DNA of 54,562 nucleotides, counting the filler, from Jimgerdemannia flammicorona (lineage: Eukaryota), in the NCBI GenBank assembly GCA_003990765.1. It is 3 parts of 3 records of this genome, joined end to end, with 100 filler letters (N's around TTAATTAATTAA, not from the genome) between each part and the next. Parts side by side here need not be neighbours in the genome. Positions count along the whole stretch, not along the records: positions 18,223 to 36,342 come from RBNJ01002297.1; positions 36,443 to 54,562 come from RBNJ01002298.1; 1 more part is not named here. One strand, given 5' to 3'. The notes below the pieces were generated by a model that saw only the letters and a program-made list of their open reading frames with translations, was not told where the DNA came from and searched no databases. A program made the position numbers and the translations under genes. Positions 24,555 to 39,374 of the stretch are shown piece after piece (within the stretch, counting starts at the first letter, position 1; every line of letters begins with the position of its first letter).

Positions 24555-27500
24555 ATGTCTATTCACACAGCGAAAGGCGCCCTCCGCAGCGTGTAAAGTA
24601 TTCTCGCCTATTGCCTCTCCTTGCTGTTCCGTCTTGTTCACGGCGCAGACTGGTGGTGTGGCACCGCCACTTGTCTCGGCGAAGAGTGACAACGCCGAGA
24701 TCAAATTGGCTCGACACGCCAAGGTGCACACGTTGTGAACTGGGTCTAAGATACCGGCCAGTGTTCTGGATAGCCTATCAAACCAGAATTTACGATAAAC
24801 TGCACCCCGAGTCAAATCAGTTCCAGACGACACATTACGCCACGTAGTGATATCTTTAGACGGGATTCTCGTGTTCGAGTCAGACAGGCAATTGCTTGGC
24901 AGCAGCGGAATTGATTACCTCTCAAGAACAAGTACCCCATGCTTCAACCTGGCTCACACTTGTCCATTCCAAAACATTCCCCTCTCTCGCTTCCCCTCTG
25001 AACCCCCCTCCTCCCTCCCCTCCCCCCCAAAAAAAATAATAATACAGTAAAAATTACGCAAAGGGTTACACCGATGTCCAGGCTAAGGTCCGGGAAGCGA
25101 CATCCAATGATCCATGGGGCCCGAGCGGCACTCTAATGAACGAAATCGCCCAGGCGACCTATAATCAGTGCGTTCTCGTGCCTTTTCTCTTCCTCTCATT
25201 GGGGTTTGAGTTGAAGACGCTTTGTGCGCATCTGTGTGGAAAACGAGAAATGGGTTTGGTTCTGCGCTATTTTATGCTAAAATCGGTATTTTTCAAACAT
25301 TGCACATTTTAGGCATGACTTCTTGGAGATTATGGAGATGCTTGACAAACGATTGAACGACAAGGGCAAGAACTGGCGACACGTCTTCAAGGTTAGATTG
25401 TCCTTTATTTGTTTCTGGAACGATTCATTTGCCCTTGGGTTTTTAAAAAAAAAAAAAATTACATTGGTGAAATTTGTTGCACAAATTAGGCACTGACCCT
25501 ACTAGACTACTGTCTACATCTGGGATCCGAGAACGTGGTTATTTACGTGAAGCAGAACCAGTATATAGTAAAGACGTTGAAGGAGTTCCAGCACATTGAC
25601 GAGGCCGGCAAGGACGTTGGCGCAAATGGTATGTAATGGTCTAGAATCTGATATAACTCGATATTGTCTGCTTTGCATTTTGCGGAGAGAATGCGGGGAA
25701 GACCGGTAAAAAAGAGTGGGGAAAATGTGCGACGGCTTGATGGCAGCCTCGAAATGGGAGGACCAGCGTGTCGTCAATGTTACGTCGATCACGACTTTAC
25801 TCATCGGCAAACCCCGCCCCACAGTTCGCCAGAAGGCCAAGGACATCACGAACTTGCTCGCGGATGATGCTCGGCTCAAGGAGGAGCGTCGTACGCGGTC
25901 GCAGATGCAGAACCGCCTGGCCAACAGCACGCGCGGCTTCGACGAGAGCATCCTCTGGGAGGGCGGTCAGCCGCCCAACCGCGACCGCGACGGGACCCCC
26001 ACGTACGACCGGCCCACCGGTGGCGAAGACGATCGCGAACTTCAGCGCGCGCTTGAGGAGAGCAAGCGGAGCGCAAGGGAGGACGAAATGAGGCGTCAGC
26101 ACACGTGAGTTTTGTTTGGGCATAAATTTTGTGTTTCGTGATTGTCAAGGGAATGGGGTTTAGCGTGATTTGGGAACGGGAAGCATGTTTTCCCACTGCT
26201 TATTGAATGGGCAATTTGATATCTAGCGTGACCGACAGCGACTCTGAATTGGCGAAGGCGTTGGAAATCAGTGAGAGGGAGGCGAAGGAGAAGGAGAGAC
26301 TGAAACGAGAACAAATGGAACGCCAGCAAAAGGATGCCGATCTTTTGGGTGGCTTTGATTCCACTCCTTCTACGTTAGTATCTTATTTAATCGTGCTATG
26401 TCCAAGAAAGCTGATGGTTGATATACCGGTTGTTCTAACGCAATCAATCCCCCCATTAGCTTCAACCCCTTCCCTCCTCAACAAGATTTCCTCAACCCTT
26501 ACGGCCAGCAGCAACAGCAGCAACTTGACTTCTTTGGCCTCTCTTCCCCCATTAGCTCCAACGCGCAGCTCCAATACCAGCAGCCTCAATTGACTGGCCT
26601 GTCCAACCCGTACCAGCAGCAGTTGCTGGCACAACAACAACAGCAGCAACAGCTCGAGGAGCAGCAGCGCCTGGAGCAGCAACGCCTGGAGCAGCAACGC
26701 CTGGAGCAGCAACGCCAGGAGCAGCAGCGACAACAGATGCTTCAGCAACAGCAGCAGCAGCTCATCCTGCAGCAGCAGCAGGTTCAGGAAGCCCAGCGTG
26801 CCGCGCAGCAGCAACTCCACCAGCAGCAGCAACAGCAGCAGCAGCAGGCCGCGCAACAGCAGTTGGCCCAACAGCAGGCCGCACAACAACAGCAGCAGCA
26901 GTACCTTCTTGCCCAGCAGCAGGCGGCGGCGCAGCAGCAGTTGTACAACACCCAGCAGCAGCTCCAACCCGCTCTCACCGGCAACAATCCTTTCGGCCAG
27001 TTCGGCCAGGTCAGCCAGCAGCAGCAGCCGCAGTTCGCGTCGTCGTTCGCGTCGTCGCAGCAGGGATTGTCGCCCCAGCAAGGATTGTCGCCCATGTCGC
27101 AGCAGAGACAGGTGGGTTTGGTGGGCAACGGTGGTCGGTCCCGAGTGGAGGAAGATTTTCGGTGAAGATGTGTCTGGGTTGTGTGGTTGGAAGAAGAAGT
27201 TGTATCTGCTGGTTGGGCTCGTGTGTTAATATTTGATCCCGTTGTCAAATTCCCATGGTTAGCTTACTGGCGACAACCGCTCGCAGCAGCAGCAGCAGCA
27301 GCAACAGGTGAGCGATCGTAGACATGACAGATTTTTGGTCATTACTTATGTCCATTATTCTTCGTCCAGTGAATATATGCTCAAATGTTTCTCCACTCGC
27401 AACTTTTTTGTATGCTTTCCTAAACCAATAGCTCTCAACTAGCAGTGCCTTCCCGAGTCCGGCATCACGGGCCGCAGACGAGCGCCATGCCAACTTGGTG

Positions 27501-28313
27501 ACCGCTCTTTCCAATGGGTGAGTTTTGAGGGTAGCAGTTAAGAAGACGAGGAGATATTCCTACGCTATTCCGCGATTCTAACAAGTAAATACGAATTCTC
27601 TAAATCAACAACAGTACGGGTATGGATACCTTCGGCAATGTTGGCAACCTGCGTATCCCTGTGTAAGTTTTATCAAATTGGGTAATTGTCCTTGGCGCAT
27701 CTTCTTCGGTCGTGCCTGACCTATTCAAACTTTCTACCAAACAGCGGGAGCGGCTTCAGCAATACGCTCACATCCGATTTCGCCACACCCTCGCCTACTG
27801 CGCCCAATCCCTTTGGATCTGTGCAATCCTCGGCCACCGGGGATCTATTGGGTCTGGGGGGCAACTCTAGTTTTGGCAGCTCTACGCAGGTGTGGAGATC
27901 AGAATTTTTATGCGATTCAACCACTACGGCAGGAATCATTCATCAGTTTTGCTTAACAATACACATTTTGTTCCTCTTTTCCGCATCAGCAGTCCTCGTT
28001 CAAACCCGCCTCTTCGCCCACCAGCTCCACCGCGAGCTTCACGGCTTCCACCTCCACCTTCGGTACGAGCGGCAGTCTACTGGACCTGGACGGCGGTGCT
28101 TCGTTCGGACAGCAACCGTCGCGGAATCCGTTTCAGTCGCAGACGTCTGCGAGCCCGTGGGGCGTCACCGCGGCCAAGACTGGTAACCAGCAGAGCCTCA
28201 ACGATCTGCTCTCGCAGCAGCGCCAGCAGCAGCAGCAGCAGCAGTTCGCCCAGCAGCAGCAGCAACCACAGTTCACTGGGAACTTTGGCGCGTCATCGTA
28301 CAATGGGCAGTGA
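24555..28313 (+). CDS. Epsin (ENTH domain, two UIMs, poly-Q, NPF motifs), multi-exon
   Basis: MSIHTAKGALRSV/KNYAKGYTDVQAKVREATSNDPWGPSG; RLNDKGKNWRHVFK/ALTLLDYCLHLGSENVV; UIMs DRELQRALEESKR and SELAKALEISERE; Q-rich exon 26.5-27.1 kb; several NPF motifs; GMDTFGNVGNLRIP; clathrin-box-like LLDLD. Confidence 0.93.
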
Positions 28314-28713
28314 ATGGATTTGGGTTCTAAGGGTCTCGTGCGGGGTTGGGCAAGGTTCGGCTGGGGTGGATGGCAAACTAGGGATGTACTTGTTTCGTTT
28401 GTCTTTGTTCCTTCATTCATTCTCTTCGCTTTGCGACCCTTACCACTCTTTGCTCGTTTGTGTTTAATCTTGATTCTGTTTTCCTCTTCAATAGTTTTTG
28501 CATTCTCCTTACCCTCTTCATATCATCCTTCTCTTTTTGTCATCTGATGATCCTCTTTTCTTCCCACATGTATTTGTTGTTTTGACGTTAAAAGCACAAA
28601 CGAGTTTACATATTTTTCCTGTCACGTTGAGCAGAAAGACTTGGCGACTGGTCGCAGGTTTCCACATTTCCTTGTTTGTAACCCGCCTTTGCCATCTTCT
28701 GAAAGAAAAAATC

Positions 28714-28754
<41 letters not shown>

Positions 28755-29068
28755 GAACAGATGCAAACGCAAACGGTAACCTTCCTCCCCCTTTCCCCAT
28801 ATCTACTTGTAGTTACAATTACATATAATGATCGTGTTTGTTTGAATGTCTTCGAAAAAATATTCTGCCAAGATATACAGGAGCATGGCCGACACAGTTC
28901 TCAGGATCTCGCTCTTGATTATCAATGGCATTTGGTAATAAATTCTAAATTCTATTTATAGCGCTTGACCCATAATGGCAATCATACTCGAGTGGCTTCT
29001 GGTCCTGGGCCATATTAGGACCGTCACGTTTCTTCAACGAGCTGCCCCTTGGCCATAACACTTCTGCA

Positions 29069-31334
<2,266 letters not shown>

Positions 31335-31982
31335 GCGTAGGGCTAAGGTTGGGAGGGGTTCGGTCCGCTCGGACGGTCAGCAATAATGGGAAGGGTACGG
31401 ATCATGACGATTGAGACAATGCGTGAGCCACATCCGAAGTTATTGTATGAACCCTAGACCCAGCAAACGACAGGAATGCCTATACTGGTGGTGAGGCCTT
31501 TAGAGCCGATCATTGAAAAATGTTTTCGATGTGTAAAATCAGCTCAGTTAAATAGAATGTGAAGCCATGTTTGTCATGGTCGTGGAGACTATAGAAGCAT
31601 CTGCATCTTTATTCCCGATGTGTTGCTCGCATTCTGAATCCGAGATTTGTGTCTGTGTAGCCGAGGGTTGTGAGGTTGTGACGTTTTCATAAGGCAGAGA
31701 ACAATGATAAGACCAACAAAAATTGCGTTGCGTATTAACAAACCAGACTTTAACAAAGGCTTCGAGCTTGTTTGCCCGACTGGCCATTGAAATGCAGGGA
31801 GGGGGGAAAGCTGTAGCATTCGGATACATCAGCAATAGGTGCTCGAGGGTTTTTGGAGCCGGCTCATCTTACGGCTTGTGTCCGACTTGGATGGCGTTGG
31901 ATCAGCGAGCAAGGCGTTGCGTTTGGTCAAGAAGGCGTGGAGGACTTTATCTTTCTTTTCGTAAATAAAACCTTGTGCCGTT

Positions 31983-32507
31983 TTATTTATCGCAAAATCG
32001 AACATCAATATCCTCCACCGTCGGGCAACCCCGGGAAAACGACGCTTTGAGGAGGGCCGTAGCAACCGGCCCGGAGGGCATCCTTTGTTCTAATCTACCT
32101 AAAGCCCTTGGGTGAACTTGATGTTGGCTAACTTCGTCCCCAATGCCTGCATAGATCCTCGGCTCGGGTAACACGTTAACCTGGACGAGGATGCACATGA
32201 TAGAATCGGGCTCGCCTCTGCGCGGCGCGCGGATCGTCAGCGTATTATCCTTCTGCCTGAAGGTGCTACGGGACACGTTACGTACCGTCTCGCCGTACTT
32301 GTCAAAACTCAACGACCACTTGTTGGTGAGCGGCACGGACGTCGCCGAGACCTTGACAAGGTACTGGAAGGATCTGGGGTTGTCGAGGTTGGAGAAGTCG
32401 AGGACCTCGATGTCGGTCGCATTGGCGTTCTCAAGCCCACACTCAGGAACGCCGTCGGCGCTAATACCCACGCACGGCCAAAGGTTCTGGCCGGCGGAGA
32501 GACCGCA
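31983..32507 (-). pseudogene. Orphan exon / 5'-truncated gene fragment, weakly CBM2-like
   Basis: CpG-retaining open frame after a candidate acceptor (ccgatag|TGC). FQYLVKVSATSVPLTNKWSLSFDKYGETVRNVSRSTFRQKDNTLTIRAP resembles CBM2 strand spacing. Decayed repeat DNA lies immediately upstream. Confidence 0.35.
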
Positions 32508-32519
32508 CTATCGGAGGCT

Positions 32520-34568
32520 CCAAGAACTATTACAGTGGGTGGTTACACCTTACCCTATTAAGAAATCTCATGAGTTACAACTAGTCACACAAGCTCAAAA
32601 TGAACTATAGAGAATCTGCCAGCCAGCTAGAACCTACTGTAATAGGAGATACAGACTCAGAAATATAAGTAGATCTAGCAGAAATAATTACTGCTATGGT
32701 ACATTAGCTCCAACATCTATAAGTACAGCTAGAATAATAGAAAATGAAGAATATAGTAGTATATTTTATATATAATTATATTTATTAGTTTTAAGTTACT
32801 CAAATTAGATATCTTTGATAGCCTATAACAGTTCTAGTTTCTTTAAGAGAAAGTGGCTAAATCTGGAAGTTCTAGTTGGTTTAAAGTAGCTTGAAGAGAT
32901 ATTTAAAGGTTCAAGTATTCTCAAAGGATTTCTGAGAGAACATATTCTGAGCTTTATTTAGATAGAGAATAAGGATATTTATATATAATATAACATTTTA
33001 GTATAGTTTATTTCTTTTCTTTATCTTTCCTCAATATTCTACAACCTTTCAGTACTTTCCAAACACTTAGAAATCCTTTCTTGACACTAAGCATCTACTA
33101 GTACTTATTTAGCTAGTTACTGAATATCCTAGATATAGAACTTTATTTGTTATTATTTATCATCCTTGCTAAGAACTTTCCTCTTAGTATTTTCCTTTGA
33201 TTTCTCAGATCCTTCTGGATCCTTCTTTCAGATCTTGTATAAATATCCCCTTTGTTCTTATAAATAAAGTCGCAGAATATTTTCTCCTAGAAATCCTTCA
33301 AGAATATTTAAACTCTTAAGTATCTCTTCAAGTTACTTAGAACTATCAGAACTAGTTGCTTCCTCATTTAGAAACTAGAACTGTTATACTTGGTAGCAGC
33401 AGTTAAGTTACACCTAGCCTTATCAAGACACCTCTCAAGATATAAGTATACAACCTTTAAGCCACTGAAATCACATATCACCTACTGAATAAGCCACCAA
33501 AATCACATGTAACCTCCAAACAAATCTGGAAATCATCTGTATGATCATAAAGCTGAGTCAAACCGAAGTCATAACATACAAAGCTGAGTCAATATAAAGT
33601 TATGGAACATAAGATTTACACAAACAGAATCTTACTAATCAGGACTAAATACATATATACTGAGCACTGAGATACATCAAAACAGAGAACTAAAACAAAC
33701 AATATCTACAACTTCTGAATATATACAAATATGACTACTGAGATCTACAACTACATCCATGCTGACATTTGGAATGCCATTGTCAACCAAGCTACACCCC
33801 CTCTGCCCCTCATGAATATATAGTCTAGCATTCCTCTACTTTGTGAAAGTCCAATGGAATACCCTAAATATGCTTAGTGAGACCCACCAAATCAGACAAA
33901 TCTCAAGCTACTATCAGATTAGCTGCCTCCTAGAAGATATGGTTGAACACCACTATGATACAGATATCACTCAGATGTCTCAACACCAGAAACTCATTGC
34001 CTACAAACACTGAGAACTCTTTTATGAATATAGCACTGTTATTTCCCATCTCTGAGTTATTACTAGTAAAATGGTTGCTACTCTGTTCTATAGCCAAATC
34101 AATAATATGATACAAGAACTCAACTACAAGTATCTTGAATATATTCAGACCACAGATAGAACCTTCTTATACCCCAATGACTATATTCTACAAATGCCTC
34201 AAGTCAGATACATGATAAAGGATGTCTACAATGTAATCTGATTTGATGAAGACAAAGCAGAAGACAATGATCTCTCTGATACTGACATGACCTTAAGCCA
34301 AGGATCTCTGCCAACTCTGATCATACTGCCAACCTTACTGATGAACTTACAACAGTTCATAATCACATACAAGACTTATTAGGATAATGACCACTGGTAT
34401 GAATACCAACTCACATTTATCCCTGATTACTTCAACTATAATGAAGAGACCAGAGAATACAATCTGTACCTTTAGACAATCCTTGAGATCAAACCAACCA
34501 CTCTACTACCTGAGTATAAGCGATATGAACTACAGTCACCAGCTTACTACAACCCTGTGACTCATAGT
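32520..34568 (+). mobile_element. Decayed LTR-element fragment: LTR ending ~33388, PBS, and a degenerate ORF interrupted by the hAT element
   Basis: TATAAATA and AATAAA within 33238-33270; ...GAACTGTTATA-C-TTGGTAGCAG (same PBS as at 44568-44578 on the minus strand); ORF relic from ATG 33731. Confidence 0.6.
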
Positions 34569-36342
34569 TAGTGCTCTACAAACCCAACCCGATTAACCTG
34601 AAACCCAACCCGTAAAACAGCCAACCCGAAATTAGACATCACCTGTCTTTAACCCAACCTGGAATTATATGTCACCCATCTTTAACCCGACCCAGAATTA
34701 TATGTTACCCGTCTTTAACCCGACCCAGAATTGTACGTCACCCATCTTTAATCCAACCCGGAATAATATGTCACCTATCTTTAACCCAACCTGGAAATGT
34801 ATGTCACCCGATCCATTATTTACCCTTAATCCAAACCTGAACCCGACCCCTGAACCCAACCCTAAACCCGACCCCTGAACCCAACCCTGAACCCGACCCT
34901 CTGAACTCTGCTCTGAAAAAATGATTTGGAAAATATTTGGATAATATTCAGAGTAATTGAAAGTGAAAAATATCTGAAGACCACCAAGAATCCAAATACA
35001 TGCATGCACGAATTGTATTTACACACAAGCTGTTTCGACGTTCAGTCACTAGCTTACCAGCAATAGAAAAAATACGTTCAGATGGAATAGATGTTGCCGA
35101 AATAGCAAGATAATCGCGAGCCATTTGTGAAAGATTAGGATATACCAACTGATTTCGCTGCCACCAATCCAGTATATCTATATGAGGATCAGCTGGATTC
35201 TCTGACAAATAACTGAAACAGAGAAATATGAGTGAAAATTAACCAAGCCAATCAAAAAACATAAAAACAACACCCATCATTCAAGCTCATCATCCACATC
35301 GACATGCTGTTTCTTCTCATATATTGAGTTGATAAAATCATTGGAATCATGAGATATTGAGAGTATAATGATAGCATTAACAGACTTATACTCCTTTTCC
35401 CAGATACATTCCATCTGATTCTTCCATTCATCAATTAAGGATTTTTTCCATTGCTCACGATGGAAATAACGCATGTTGATACGTGGATCTAAGGCTGAAG
35501 CTATGCTGTATAATGGTGTCGTCTTGTAGTAATACTTTAGAAGTTTCATATGTGCATTCTCAGCAGTGGTAAGTATTATCTATAAAAAATAAAAATATAC
35601 ACATATTACTTCCCAATTACTTACTAAATTAGTTCCTAAATTCACAAATAAAATTACTTTCAAAATCATATATATATCTGATTAAAATGTTCACCAGTTT
35701 GATATATATTGATGACATCTTCGAGGTAATCACATAGCTGATTAAATAGTGAGATAACAGCCGCTATTGTAGGATACTTCGAAGCTGACATCACAGTTGT
35801 CACTTTGGCAAAAGGCTTGAGAAATCGGCAAATCAATTCAAATTATTGCCATGCATCTTCAGATATATCGCTCATTTGCTTATCCATAGCACACAATATA
35901 TCCAAGCCCTATTTGGATGTAATATCAATTTATTTAGTACCAAAATACTTCCAAATTGTATTCCAAAATCTATACAAATAGATTCAAAATATTACCTTAC
36001 GAATCTCCAGAGCACGTACTAACATTTCATGTGTAGAACTCCATCTCATTGTAACATCTAAGAGAGGCTTCAAAATGGGAATTCCGGAGGATTCACAGAC
36101 CTTCACCAGTTGTGCTTGTCATTGCGCTGAATTTTTAATCTTCTTTATCAACTCCCATAGCTTTCCAATGGGCTTGCTAAGAGAACCAAGAGCATCATGA
36201 ACAATGAGATTCAATACATGCCCGAAACAGCATACATGAGTGAGCGGATGATAGAGATTCTCAAACAGAGTATTGTTGTTACTGGCATTATCACATACAA
36301 CAGCAATGATTTGATTGTCACTAGGCAATAAATCATCTATTA
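34569..36342 (-). mobile_element. hAT DNA transposon with intron-containing, inactivated transposase; 5' part lost at the gap
   Basis: VCDNASNN, CFGHVLNL, DVTMRWSSTHEML, ALDPRI and dimerisation domain WWQRNQLVYPNLSQMARDYLAISATSIPSERIFS. Terminus TAGTGCTCT at 34569. In-frame TGA (SAQ*QAQ). Confidence 0.92.
34580..34900 (+). repeat. hAT subterminal repeats: AACCC(G/A) motifs including a 33-bp unit x5
   Basis: CACCCATCTTTAACCCGACCCAGAATTATATGT-like unit tandemly repeated over ~34640-34810, between the TIR and the transposase stop. Confidence 0.85.
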
Positions 36343-36442
36343 NNNNNNNNNNNNNNNNNNNNNNNNNNNNNNNNNNNNNNNNNNNNTTAATTAATTAANN
36401 NNNNNNNNNNNNNNNNNNNNNNNNNNNNNNNNNNNNNNNNNN
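36343..36442. other. Artificial scaffold join (N44-TTAATTAATTAA-N44)
   Basis: Same 100-bp linker as 18123-18222. Confidence 0.95.
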
Positions 36443-37624
36443 TTTTTGTTTTATAGACTCATGTCCCGCAGATTTTTATTGGAAGGGAACCTAGACTATA
36501 TAGGCCAAAACCCTCCCCCACCACCCACCAAGCACTGCCCCTCCATTAACCTAGGCTAGCTATTGTCCAGCAGCTCGACCATGCCAGGCGCAGCAGGACT
36601 GATAAGCCCGCACCTCATTCTGCACACCATGCTCTTCCTACCACTAGGGGAAACCCAACCATATACCAACGACTGAAAGCGCATGCCTGAGAACCCATTG
36701 TATGTACAAGGCCATGCTCAAGCTGAATAGAATAGCCCCTGCCACCCCAAAGAGAATGACAGGCAAATAAAAAACCCTCATCAAAGCACAACACAGTGGG
36801 TAGGGCCTGGTTCTCTCAGTCGAGATGAGTAAAGGACTTACATGTGAGGCGGGAGGAAACCCCCAATATCCCACTACTCAAGCCTGCAGGCCTCGATCAC
36901 GTTGCCATGTCAGCTCCCAGTTCTAGTTGAGTGCAGCCAAGATGCCTGAAATGGGTAGCCTCGGGCCCCCCGACCCCCCCTGACGACTGGGGCCTCACCC
37001 CGCTACCCGCCAAAAGAAGCCGAGAATGATACCTACCACCTAACCGCGCTGCACCAATCAAAAGGCCCCACTGAAGCAGCACCTGCCCCAGCTCCGACAA
37101 CCGCCCCCAGCCTGGCACCCTACTGGTTCACCATAATCGCCCTTCCGCCTATCTGTGATGGCCATCTCCCCTCCCATCCTGACAACACCCGAAAAGCAGT
37201 CACCTACGCCAGAACCGCACTCACCGGGAAGCTCGCCAAAGCCAGAGGGCCCCACCACAGGCACCGAGGACCTACAGGTAACCTACACTAAGCACTTGAT
37301 ACCCAAGGTTGGCCGACTCCCTATATAGCCTGAGACACACCGAGACAACTCCTTGTTGGCGATGGCAAAAGGAAGAAGGCACTGCACCAAAATGGGTACA
37401 TCCCAGACGCAGTTGAGGGCACCAGAATCCACGAAAAAGTGGAGGAAGCACCGATCCGACACTGATAAAGGGGCAACTCAGCACCATTGCCCTCCTCCCA
37501 CCATGCCCCTGTAGGCACAGCAAACCAACCCGAGGTAGAGGGGGTAATATTAGGGGAAAGGGAACTCAGAAGGTCGCCTACCAAACCTTGTGACTGGTAA
37601 GATAGCGGAGAAAGGAGCGGCTGC
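36443..37624 (-). mobile_element. ~1.17-kb non-coding retroposon-like element, copy 2 (less mutated)
   Basis: Colinear with 14577-15772 and shares the same 5' boundary. The minus strand ends CCAATAAAAATCTGCGGGACATGAGTCTATAAAACAAAAA. Retains many CpGs. Confidence 0.8.
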
Positions 37625-37676
37625 TTGAAAAGACTGTCTATACTTCTTACTTAGGTATATTGTATATATTCTCTGT

Positions 37677-37708
<32 letters not shown>

Positions 37709-37709
37709 G

Positions 37710-38130
37710 CTTTTGCTTACTCTGCTTCATTCTCTCACTCACTCTACTTCATTCTTCCACTGGCTCTACTTCATTTCCCTCACTCACTTTGCTTCATTTC
37801 TCTCACTTACTCTGCTTTATTTCTCTCACTTGTTTTACTTCATTTTTCTCACTTGCTCTACTTTATTTCCCTCACTCACTCTACTTCATTTCTCTTACTT
37901 GCTCTACTTCATTTCTCTCACTCACTCTGCTTCACTTCTCTTACTTGTTCTACTTCACTTCTCTCACTTGCTTTACTTCATATCTCTCATTTACTCTACT
38001 TCACTTCCCTCACTCTTCATTTCTTATAGCTTATCTTCTATATATCTCACTACTTGAAAAGGCTATCTATACTCTATTCTGACCACTCTGACATATCTCA
38101 CTGCTTGAAAAGACCATCTGCACTCTCTGC
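37710..38130 (+). repeat. Degenerate ~22-bp pyrimidine-rich minisatellite
   Basis: Units like CTCACTCACTCTACTTCATTTC repeated roughly 14 times. Confidence 0.85.
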
Positions 38131-38319
38131 CTAAGATACTTTATATGCATTCTCTAACCCACCTTACCCTGCCTCACTTTGCCTTATCTCACCTTACTGC
38201 TTTAAGTATATTGTATTTATTTTCTATAATAATATTTACTAAGCCAATGTTTACCAAGATGATGTTTAATAAGCTGATGTTTGCCAAGCTGATGTTTGCT
38301 GTGATGATGTACTGATAAT

Positions 38320-38765
38320 ATAAAGGCTAATTGGAGGGGTGTCTTCTGATCTATACCAAAAATATACTCTCTCATTTCTGAAGAGAACCTCTTATAGCCT
38401 GTCTTTAATATTTTATCCAGAAGGCCATTTGGGGGGGTATCTCTTGATTTGTACTAATGATGTACTCTCTCTCTAGAGGAGGGCCTCTCATGGCCAGTCT
38501 TTAGCATCTAGAGGAGGCTAATCAGGGGGGTATCTCCTAATTTATACTGGCTATATACTCTGCTTTAGCAGAGGATCTCTTCTAGCTGGCCTCCAATATT
38601 CATCCTTGAGAGGAGACTTCTGGCAGCTGGGCTCACCTGTCTTGCCATGGCAGAGATATCATGAGGATGACTAGAAGCTAGTTGAGAGAGTAACTCTCTA
38701 ATCTACACTGATGACATTCTTTCTCTTCAGAGGAGTATCTCTTGTGGCTGGTCTCTAGCATCCTT
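38320..38765 (+). repeat. Degenerate longer-period (~90-100 bp) tandem repeat
   Basis: Recurrent AGGC(T/C)AAT..GGGGGGTATCTC.TGAT.T.TAC...ATACTCTCT....GAGGA..CTCT....GCC.GTCT blocks at ~38324, 38421, 38514 and 38675. Confidence 0.6.
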
Positions 38766-39374
38766 CAGCATTCTTCTGCATCTCTCAGCATTTCTTATCA
38801 GTTATGTTTTTTTTTTTCCCATTCTAATAATCCCCCTCTTTGTACCCACTATTACTAGGTTCTTTTAGTACATTATTGTGAAATAGAGGCTGATTTTATC
38901 TCTGCTGATTTTGATCTAAGTAAATTACTAACTACTTTGAGGCAGGAGTTGGAGACCACTTTGGTGATTCTCTCAACTCTTCCATCTGGTGGAGTTAGTC
39001 CTAGGTTGGATTTTAGAAAACCCCTAGAATATAATATATATTTTGAAAAAGTTTTTAAGCTTACTAGCTTTTGTGATTGATATGAAGTAAGGAAATGATA
39101 TACTTCAGAAGATATTTAGAAGTCTCTACCATGAGAGATTGTCCAAGCTATGGCATTTTCATTTTCCTGAGAGCCCTCCTCTGATAGGTCAGAAAATATA
39201 TGATCAAATTTTTCAATATCTTCCCACTATTTGAGTAAGTTTCCAGAGTATTTTTTTTATTTTTATTTTTTTTTTTTGAGAAGAGGGGCTGCAGAGGTAT
39301 ACTTATCTAACCTGGATTATTTATAAGGTTATTTTGCTTTTTATTTTAATTTTTAGAAAGTGAAGAAGGATCAA

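Noticed and set aside
26383..27248. Poly-Leu and poly-Cys minus-strand ORFs
   Set aside because: Antisense translation of the epsin CAG tract
34640..34810. 33-bp repeat array as a CRISPR or telomere
   Set aside because: Units are contiguous with no unique spacers, no cas genes are present, and the array lies between a hAT TIR and the transposase stop, so these are subterminal repeats
36945..37000. GAAA...CTGACGA as a hammerhead ribozyme core
   Set aside because: The required stems II and III do not pair in either copy
37660..38082. Hydrophobic 140-aa and 114-aa ORFs
   Set aside because: Translations of a pyrimidine-rich minisatellite
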